Shown here piece by piece: positions 10,899 through 17,369 of a stretch of DNA of 38,138 nucleotides. The stretch is taken from assembly GCA_943325145.2 (NCBI GenBank), contig CALPOI020000001.1:1-38138 (forward strand). The letters are read 5' to 3'. Numbering within the stretch: the stretch's first letter is position 1; the number at the start of each line of letters is the position of its first letter. A program made the position numbers and the translations under genes. Below the pieces are notes generated by a model, which ran no database searches, was not told the origin of the DNA, and worked only from the letters and a program-made list of their open reading frames with translations. The stretch is from Candidatus Planktophila lacus. GTDB lineage: Bacteria > Bacteroidota > Bacteroidia > Flavobacteriales_D > Crocinitomicaceae.

Positions 10899-11159
10899 AT
10901 GTTTGTAACTTACGTTTTATATTCGGAAAAATTCAATCAGTTGTATATTGGTTATACTTCAGATTTAATGAATCGTTTTCATTCTCACAACTCTTTTGCC
11001 ACTAAAGGACACACAATTAAATACAGACCATGGATTGTTGCTTATGTAGAATTTCATGAAACAAAAAATCAAGCTTTAACAAGAGAAAAACAACTCAAAT
11101 CTTCAAGAGGTAGAAATTTCTGCAGGGAACAGATTCTCGGGCTCATATCCGTCAGGTGA
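10899..11159 (+). CDS. GIY-YIG nuclease family protein (small YhbQ/COG2827-like), copy A
   Basis: 86 aa with TYVLYS...LYIGYT (the GIY...YIG pair), then NRFHSH, then REKQLKSSRGR, as in small URI-domain proteins. The ATG lies 3 nt after the terminator T tract. The last 8 codons run through tRNA-derived sequence. Confidence 0.85.
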   Translation: MFVTYVLYSEKFNQLYIGYTSDLMNRFHSHNSFATKGHTIKYRPWIVAYVEFHETKNQALTREKQLKSSRGRNFCREQILGLISVR

Positions 11160-11192
11160 CGGACGTCCGTTCGAGTCGGACCCCCGCTACCA
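11137..11192 (+). pseudogene. partial tRNA-fMet copy A (nt 27-37 and 48-76, no 5' half)
   Basis: 11137-11147 equals tRNA nt 27-37 exactly (tcgggctcata). 11164-11192 equals nt 48-76 with one change, G64A, which turns the U50-G64 pair into U-A. In between, 16 nt (tccgtcaggtgacgga) replace the 10 nt acccgaaggt. There is no acceptor 5' strand or D arm. Confidence 0.85.
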
Positions 11193-11196
11193 AGGT

Positions 11197-11231
11197 AAAG
11201 GAACCTAGAAATAGGTTCCTTTTTTGTTTTT
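11197..11231 (+). terminator. terminator hairpin copy 2
   Basis: Stem aaaggaacc/ggttccttt, fully Watson-Crick, with the same loop and T tract as copy 1. Confidence 0.7.
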
Positions 11232-11234
11232 AAG

Positions 11235-11495
11235 ATGTTTGTAACTTACGTTTTATATTCGGAAAAATTCAATCAGTTGTATATTGGTTATACTTCAGAT
11301 TTAATGAATCGTTTTCATTCTCACAAATCTTTTGCCACTAAAGGACACACAATTAAATACAGACCATGGATTGTTGCTTATGTAGAATTTCATGAAACAA
11401 AAAATCAAGCTTTAACAAGAGAAAAACAACTCAAATCTTCAAGAGGTAGAAAGTTCTGCAGGGAACAGATTCTCGGGCTCATATCCGTCAGGTGA
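11235..11495 (+). CDS. GIY-YIG nuclease family protein, copy B
   Basis: Identical to copy A apart from two nucleotide changes: aac to aaa at codon 31 and aat to aag at codon 73. Both give Asn to Lys. Confidence 0.85.
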   Translation: MFVTYVLYSEKFNQLYIGYTSDLMNRFHSHKSFATKGHTIKYRPWIVAYVEFHETKNQALTREKQLKSSRGRKFCREQILGLISVR

Positions 11496-11528
11496 CGGAC
11501 GTCCGTTCGAGTCGGGCCCCCGCTACCA
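11473..11528 (+). pseudogene. partial tRNA-fMet copy B (nt 27-37 and 48-76)
   Basis: Same architecture as copy A. Its nt 48-76 segment is identical to the functional tRNA. Confidence 0.85.
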
Positions 11529-11532
11529 AGGT

Positions 11533-11568
11533 AAAGGAATCTAAAAATAGATTCCTTTTTTTTGTTTT
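11533..11568 (+). terminator. terminator hairpin copy 3
   Basis: Stem aaaggaatc/gattccttt, where the variable pair is now U-A. Loop taaaaata, then TTTTTTTTGTTTT. Confidence 0.7.
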
Positions 11569-11586
11569 ATTGAATTAAAAATTTAC

Positions 11587-11640
11587 AATTATTTACTTCC
11601 CATAATACAAAAAAATTGAAGTTGTGGGAAGTAAATAATT
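11587..11640. repeat. 16-bp perfect inverted repeat (hairpin)
   Basis: aattatttacttccca (11587-11602) and tgggaagtaaataatt (11625-11640), separated by a 22-nt loop. Confidence 0.8.
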
Positions 11641-11683
11641 ATTTTTAATTTGGCTAAAAAGGTATTTTAGACCTGCTATAAGC

Positions 11684-11747
11684 ATCTAGAAATAGTGCCC
11701 TTTTTTGTTTTTTAGATGTTTGTAACTTACGTTTTATATTCGGAAAA
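11684..11747 (+). pseudogene. decayed third cassette: degenerate terminator plus the first 32 nt of the GIY-YIG ORF
   Basis: atctagaaatag..ccttttttgttttttagATGtttgtaacttacgttttatattcggaaaa matches the spacer and ORF 5' end of the full cassettes. Homology stops after 11747, and a stop codon follows 18 codons in. Confidence 0.8.
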
Positions 11748-11867
11748 TAGATTAATAATCTTGAATTGAATTAAATCAAACTTTTTTCGCTTTGTTTCTC
11801 GTTTTTTAATTTTATCCGAAAAGGGAAAAGAATATTTATTACTAATAAATCGTGTATTAGATAGCAT

Positions 11868-12635
11868 TTACTTATGCCTAAACCAACAATCCTCGCGATC
11901 GTTTTCATAACCTTTAAAAATGGTATTGACAGGTGCGCCATGCATCAATTGATCATTAAATTGCGTTCTTACTAAATAATTAAAAGCGCCCATATCTCCT
12001 GTATAAGCTGTTTTATTATCGATGTTCGCATATTGGTGAATGGCACATAACTTTTCAATAAATTGAAATAATAACGGAGCATGACCACCGATAATTCCAC
12101 AATTTAATAGTGTATGATCCGCAAACTTGGTTTCGTAATCAGCAAAATCGGATATTTTTTCACGTAAATGGCTAGAGTGAGCTTGCATCCAAGAATCGTT
12201 TAGTTTTTTTGGCTCGTCACCACAAAAAATAGTTGTAGGATTTTCTAAAAAATAAGAATCGATAAACGGATTTTTTACCAAGGTAACATCCGACACATCG
12301 GTGATAAAAATATGTTTGAACAGATGTCGGTATTGCTCTAAAAACGCTTTGTACACGAAATAGCGATAGACATTAGGATTAAATCTTGGGTTGTACGCTA
12401 TTTTTACAAATGAAATAGAATCATTGGTGTAGGTATCACATGTTTCTTGACTGAAGTTATTTTGAAAAATTATACCCTGGAGATTTCTTTGAGAGATAGA
12501 TTCTGCCCACTCTTGAACCAATTGATACTTATCATCTTCAAGTGTTGTATTCCGATTGACATCATATACGCTCGTGATGTGACAAGCTAAGATAATAGTG
12601 CTGTTTTCAGAAAAACGTGTTGTATCAATTACCAT
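11868..12635 (-). CDS. hypothetical protein, possibly a GT-A-type nucleotide-sugar transferase
   Basis: 255-aa ORF lying 3 nt downstream of a GT2 gene. It has a D-x-D-like FITDVSDV and a later LNCGIIGG. The family assignment rests on weak recollection only. Confidence 0.35.
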   Translation of the reverse strand: MVIDTTRFSENSTIILACHITSVYDVNRNTTLEDDKYQLVQEWAESISQRNLQGIIFQNNFSQETCDTYTNDSISFVKIAYNPRFNPNVYRYFVYKAFLEQYRHLFKHIFITDVSDVTLVKNPFIDSYFLENPTTIFCGDEPKKLNDSWMQAHSSHLREKISDFADYETKFADHTLLNCGIIGGHAPLLFQFIEKLCAIHQYANIDNKTAYTGDMGAFNYLVRTQFNDQLMHGAPVNTIFKGYENDREDCWFRHK

Positions 12636-12638
12636 TTT

Positions 12639-13289
12639 TCAAGCTTGGGTCAAATTTGCTTTTTTGATGGTTGCACAGATACTGTTCGGGATATTTCGAT
12701 GGTAAACATAAGTTCTTAGATTTACTTTTTTTACCCGAAATTGCTTCGCTGCCTTTTCGTAAAAATCTGCATCTGCAGCAAAGCCACTGATAAAATTAAT
12801 GCTGTTAAATACTTTTTTTCTTCCAAACAATGTTCCAAAAAGAATGGTTTCATCGAGGTGGATGAGTTTTGTTAAATCGTTTTTATCAGGCACAAAATAA
12901 TCATCAATAGTATCCGTAATTGTTTCGGTGGTAGAACAGATGAGATCCAAATTCTTCACTGCTTGTAAACAAGCACTTAAATGATTTGATTTGTATACAT
13001 CGTCTCCGTCTAGAATTGTGATGTATTTACCGATACTGTTCAATACCCCTCGATTAATGGATTCAGATTGACCGCGATTACTATGTCGGATATATACAAT
13101 TTTGGCTTCGTGTTTCTCAATGTAGTCCAATAGCTCTTTCCGATCTTTATCATTACTTCCATCGTCAATAATTATTAACTCAAAATCCTGGAAATCCTGG
13201 CTTAAGACGGAATCTATTGCTCTTTTAATTAAAAAGAAAGTGGTATTGTAGACAGCCATTAATACCGAAATTTTTACTTCTTTTAGCAT
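12639..13289 (-). CDS. glycosyltransferase family 2
   Basis: Classic GT2 N-terminus VLMAVYNTTFFLIKRAIDSVLSQDFQDFELIIIDDGSND, followed by ILDGDD. Confidence 0.85.
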   Translation of the reverse strand: MLKEVKISVLMAVYNTTFFLIKRAIDSVLSQDFQDFELIIIDDGSNDKDRKELLDYIEKHEAKIVYIRHSNRGQSESINRGVLNSIGKYITILDGDDVYKSNHLSACLQAVKNLDLICSTTETITDTIDDYFVPDKNDLTKLIHLDETILFGTLFGRKKVFNSINFISGFAADADFYEKAAKQFRVKKVNLRTYVYHRNIPNSICATIKKANLTQA

Positions 13290-13604
13290 GTTGTTTGATA
13301 CTTCAGTGAATACTCAAACTAGATTGATAGTAAAACGGTTTAATGTTTATATTCTTTCTAATTTCATTAGTCAGTGTTAAAATACACAATTTTAATGTTT
13401 GAATAGTCAAATCAATGTTAAAATTATGCTAATTACCGAACTATTACTTTTTTACTTCAATAACTATTTAATTGTGTGTGAATTATAGTAGTTTTCAACT
13501 ATTTTTAGTCTTTTGTACTTTACTTTTGGCATGTAGAATTAGTATCTGCACTTTATTTAACCCGTACGCCTAAAAGTTAGCGGAAACAATTTAAACTTGT
13601 TTTT

Positions 13605-13641
13605 TTCTAAAAAAATAGGCTGTCCTTTAGAGACAGCCTAT
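13605..13641 (-). terminator. intrinsic terminator of the lipoprotein gene
   Basis: Stem ataggctgtc/gacagcctat (13615-13624 and 13632-13641) with a 7-nt loop. On the minus strand it is followed by TTTTTTT. Confidence 0.75.
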
Positions 13642-13663
13642 TATAAAACTTAATTTATTAGAC

Positions 13664-14263
13664 TTAGTCTTTTACCTTTCTTGCTCTAAAACTTCCAGAA
13701 AAAGTGTATTGTTTGTTATTATTAAACGAAGAAACTTTCCCTGTAAAAGCACCTTTGATTGCGCTTGTTGCAGAATAAACATCGGATTTCGTTATAGAAA
13801 GTGTACAGTTATCTCCTGATTGAATACAAGTAAACATTTCTGAATTTTTACTCGTCTTAAGCATAACATATTTATCTGGTTCTCCAGCAGTTAGGTCAAC
13901 TAAAGGAAAAGTAGTGTTTCCAATTGCGAACGAAGATTTAGAAGCACCTGTTTTATCCATAAAATAAATCGTTAATGTATCATCTTTCGCTGCGTTGATT
14001 CCACTCAACAACATTCCTGTTGTATCTTGAAATGTTTTACATAAAGCACCTAAATTAAAGCCATCCAACAATCCTTGCTCATTAAACGTTTTATCTTTAA
14101 AGGTATAAGTCGCCCCATTAAAGATTGCTGAAAATTGAAAATCGGTATCTTCTACCACTGGTGTAGGTGTAGGTGTAACTGTTTCTTTTTTACAAGCAGT
14201 TAATGTTGCTAATGACAATACACAAAGAACTAAAATTGATTTGATTAAATTGTTTTTTTTCAT
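13664..14263 (-). CDS. hypothetical lipoprotein
   Basis: MKKNNLIKSILVLCVLSLATLTAC is a signal peptide plus lipobox, followed by a TPTPTP linker. The ORF-track start at 14290 is TTG; ATG at 14263 is preferred. Confidence 0.7.
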   Translation of the reverse strand: MKKNNLIKSILVLCVLSLATLTACKKETVTPTPTPVVEDTDFQFSAIFNGATYTFKDKTFNEQGLLDGFNLGALCKTFQDTTGMLLSGINAAKDDTLTIYFMDKTGASKSSFAIGNTTFPLVDLTAGEPDKYVMLKTSKNSEMFTCIQSGDNCTLSITKSDVYSATSAIKGAFTGKVSSFNNNKQYTFSGSFRARKVKD

Positions 14264-14513
14264 TTTAATTGTTTTTGGGTTAAAATGCAAACCGTACTTT
14301 ACGGATTACAAAAATTACTATAAAAATAATGTAATAATTTATAAATCAAGGCTACTTACACTAAAATAACCTTAATTTATTGTTTAAATAATGATTACTA
14401 CTTCACTATTCTTAATGTCGTTGTTTCACCAAACTAGATTGAAGTAAAACGGCTTACTGTCAAAAAAAACGCCCCAAATTACTTTGAAGCGTTTTTCAAT
14501 TACTATTTAAAGC

Positions 14514-16301
14514 TTATTCAAGTACAATTTTCTTTGAATCAATTGATGTTCCTTTTCCATCAATGATGTGAAGTACGTACACTCCTTTTGCTCCTAATGC
14601 TTTTAAATTGATTTCTGTTTTGGCAGCACTAACCAATTCATTGTAAACGGTTTTACCTGATATGTCAATCATTTCATAACGGTAGCCGTTCAATGCTTGT
14701 ACATCCGAAGCATCGATGAGTAATAGGTCTGAAGTTGGGTTTGGATAAACAGATACGCTTGTAAACTGGGTTGCTTTAATTCCGGTAGTTAACTGAAATT
14801 TAATTTTTAAAATTCCAACCGTATCGTTGATTGTATTGGTTATTGTAACTGTATCGTAACTTGTACATTTTGTTCCGATGGAATCCACTACAATGGTTTG
14901 TAATTTAGCTGAACCACTACATCCTTGTGTTGATGTGTAATTGTAATAAATTGTCTTTTTTCCCAAGCCAATATTGGAAGGGCTAAAACTTGTTCCTGTT
15001 ACTCCTTCTCCTTTGAATGTTCCACCAGCTGGAGTTGCGCTTAGTTTTATTGTTCCATTGTTATGAAGAATAAACTGCGGAATTGGCGTAATAACTACTT
15101 TCGGATTTGGATACACGTTGACATCGTAAGATGTATACATAGTACAACCAAATGAATTGAATACGTTCACATAATACGTGCCTGTTTGTGTTACTTTAAT
15201 GGAAGGTAATAAACTGCCTGAATTCCATTTGTAAGTTGTACCACCACTTGCTACTAAATTTACAGCACCCCCTTCACAAAAAGCTGTTGGACCATCTGGT
15301 GTAATTTTTGCAATTGGGTTTGGGTTTACTGTGACAGGAACAGAATTACTTGTTGCACTACAAGCACCGTCTTTTACTTTCACTGTGTAAAATCCATTAG
15401 TAGAAGCTTGGTATACACTTTGTGTAGCACCAGCAATTAATTGGCTGTTATTGAACCATTCGTATGAATAATTAGCTCCTTCAGATGCTTGTAAGTTTAC
15501 AAAACCTCCTTGGCAAAATGTAGTATTTCCTTGAGGGTTGATGATTGATGTTGGTGAGACACAAAGAGGAGTTCCAGTATACAATGTTTTTACTTCCTGT
15601 TCTGTTAAAGCTCTGTTGTAGATAGCGATATCATCGATATTTCCAATAAACCATTGTGGATCATTGTTAACCCATTGTCCACCTATTCTTAATGATACCC
15701 CATTTGTTTGTGTACAAAATGAGAACCCACTGCCATTTAATGATTTACTAAATATACCATCAATATAAACATTACAATCACTATTATTATTAATAACGTA
15801 AGTAAAGTTATGCCAATTATTATTTAAAATTGAGGTGGTGTCATAAACCTGCTGAGATCCTGAACAATTATTTTTTGAATAATAAAATGTATTTATTGTA
15901 GTATTACTGATGCTCTTAATTGACCCTTGAAAAACGGTGTTAAAAGGATAAACTGGTTGATTTTGTGTAATAAAAGAACCCCATTTATTACTATTATCAG
16001 TTAAATAAATCCAACAACTAATTGTTAATTCATTACTGCCATTAATTAACTTTGAAGCTGTAATATTTTGTTTATTCCCATTAAAGCTATACGCCCTATT
16101 TGCTTTACCATTTCTATCAGTTGTCAAAGTAGCTCCGTTAACAATACCATGATTCCCATTACCACTCTCATCATTCGCATTTCCATTGAAAGGCCACCAT
16201 CCCACGAGACCATCTTTTGGTACATGCGAGGGAATGTTTTGTGCGAACACATTTGATGCAAATACTATCGCAAAAATCAACTTTAAATAATTTTTTTTCA
16301 T
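14514..16301 (-). CDS. secreted LamG-like / Ig-repeat protein with T9SS C-terminal sorting domain
   Basis: Signal peptide, then a LamG/concanavalin-like N-terminus (GLVGWWPFNGNANDESGNGNHG). Two Ig-like repeats follow (FCQGGFVNLQASEG..Y.W and FCEGGAVNLVASGG..YKW). The C-terminus is T9SS-type: VYPNPTSDLLLID...GVYVLHII. Confidence 0.8.
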   Translation of the reverse strand: MKKNYLKLIFAIVFASNVFAQNIPSHVPKDGLVGWWPFNGNANDESGNGNHGIVNGATLTTDRNGKANRAYSFNGNKQNITASKLINGSNELTISCWIYLTDNSNKWGSFITQNQPVYPFNTVFQGSIKSISNTTINTFYYSKNNCSGSQQVYDTTSILNNNWHNFTYVINNNSDCNVYIDGIFSKSLNGSGFSFCTQTNGVSLRIGGQWVNNDPQWFIGNIDDIAIYNRALTEQEVKTLYTGTPLCVSPTSIINPQGNTTFCQGGFVNLQASEGANYSYEWFNNSQLIAGATQSVYQASTNGFYTVKVKDGACSATSNSVPVTVNPNPIAKITPDGPTAFCEGGAVNLVASGGTTYKWNSGSLLPSIKVTQTGTYYVNVFNSFGCTMYTSYDVNVYPNPKVVITPIPQFILHNNGTIKLSATPAGGTFKGEGVTGTSFSPSNIGLGKKTIYYNYTSTQGCSGSAKLQTIVVDSIGTKCTSYDTVTITNTINDTVGILKIKFQLTTGIKATQFTSVSVYPNPTSDLLLIDASDVQALNGYRYEMIDISGKTVYNELVSAAKTEINLKALGAKGVYVLHIIDGKGTSIDSKKIVLE

Positions 16302-16345
16302 ACAAATAAGTTTTAAAAGCTATGGCTCCAAACATAGCACAACAT

Positions 16346-16545
16346 AAATAAAAAAGCGTGGAACAATTGCGTTACTAGTAACTGAGGGGGTCGAATCCCT
16401 GTACAACAAAGTAAAGCAACGCCCACGCCTATGGCATGAGCGTAATACTTTCACTTCCCTGTTGTACTTGAATTTTCGACCTTTCAGCTACAGGTTGTTA
16501 AGCAAACGCTATTTTTTAAATTTCAAATTTCTCTCGTTTGAGAAT
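16346..16545 (-). ncRNA. candidate structured small RNA (long rod-like hairpin; 6S-like architecture possible, class unassigned)
   Basis: A GC-enriched intergenic block folds into an approximately 156-nt rod of seven helices with its apex at 16430-16432. Both non-Watson-Crick positions are G-U on the minus strand and A-C on the plus strand. A TATATTTG box sits upstream on the minus strand (16557-16550), and a U run follows the closing helix. Confidence 0.45.
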
Positions 16546-16549
16546 AGTA

Positions 16550-16557
16550 CAAATATA
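16550..16557 (-). promoter_or_regulatory. candidate -7 box (TATATTTG) for the structured RNA
   Basis: Exact match to TAnnTTTG on the minus strand, 12 nt after the stop of the upstream gene. Confidence 0.4.
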
Positions 16558-16568
16558 TAAAAATTCTA

Positions 16569-17369
16569 CTAAATTTCTTTATTCTCCATCCAAATAGAAT
16601 GGTTGTAAGCTAAACCTAATTGGAGTATCGATTTAGTATTTACAACTACTTTGGAAATCGTGGAAATAGCGTTAAATGTTGGAGGCGCCAAACCAAAGCG
16701 TTCGCACATGGCTGTGTAATATTCTTTTCGCGTTGGATGGTCAGAAGCACAGCCGTTGTAAATTTCACCCCATTTGTTCTGGGTAATTATAGCGTCAATC
16801 AATTGAATGCAATCGTTTAAATGAATCAAATTAACAGGAGCACTCGGATTGGGCACATCTGTTTTTCCTGCTAAAAAACGAGCAGGATTTCGATTCGGTC
16901 CCATGAGCCCCGCAAAGCGTACAATCGTTAAACGTTCTTTTAGTATTGCATCTAAACGTTCCTCCGTTAAAGCAAAAAGGTTTTCCTTTAAGTAGAATGT
17001 GCGTGAAAATTCGTCTTCATTGGTTGTTAACGCATCATCCGGATAAATGCCTGTTGTACTTACAAATATAACTTTAGTAGCACTCGGAATGGCTGTTGCA
17101 ATGGAGCAACACACCTCCGCATACCGATTGTTTTCTCTTAACTTCCCTGGAGGGATGTTAATAATTACCAACTCACAAGCTTCAAAAAAACTAGACGGAA
17201 TTGATACGTCTGTTGAGGTATCCCAACAAATCACCTCCCACCCCTTTGCTGAAAGTTGTTGTTGCTTTTCCAATGAGCGAGTGGTACCACTAATTTCAAA
17301 CCCTTTCGAAGCTAAAAAATTGGCAAGGGGAATTCCCAACCAACCTAATCCAACCAAAGCACATTTCAT
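16569..17369 (-). CDS. NAD(P)-binding Rossmann-fold protein (SDR/epimerase-like, YeeZ-like)
   Basis: N-terminal VGLGWLGIPLANFLASKGFEISGTTR dinucleotide-binding motif. Overlaps the ppk stop by 4 nt. Confidence 0.6.
   Translation of the reverse strand: MKCALVGLGWLGIPLANFLASKGFEISGTTRSLEKQQQLSAKGWEVICWDTSTDVSIPSSFFEACELVIINIPPGKLRENNRYAEVCCSIATAIPSATKVIFVSTTGIYPDDALTTNEDEFSRTFYLKENLFALTEERLDAILKERLTIVRFAGLMGPNRNPARFLAGKTDVPNPSAPVNLIHLNDCIQLIDAIITQNKWGEIYNGCASDHPTRKEYYTAMCERFGLAPPTFNAISTISKVVVNTKSILQLGLAYNHSIWMENKEI

Noticed and set aside
11801-11860. AT-only palindrome atttattactaataaat downstream of the 11868-12635 gene, considered as a terminator.
   Set aside because: The 8-bp A/T stem has a 1-nt loop, which is sterically and energetically implausible.
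14461-14500. Possible terminator downstream of the T9SS gene (aaaacgc ... gcgtttt).
   Set aside because: The stem is only 7 bp and the loop about 17 nt. It is plausible but too weak to annotate with confidence.
16371-16400. T-arm-like gggggtcgaatccct and the palindrome gttactagtaac considered as a degenerate tRNA.
   Set aside because: No acceptor, D or anticodon arms can be drawn, and the loop lacks the TTC motif. Both elements are better explained as strands of the long rod hairpin.
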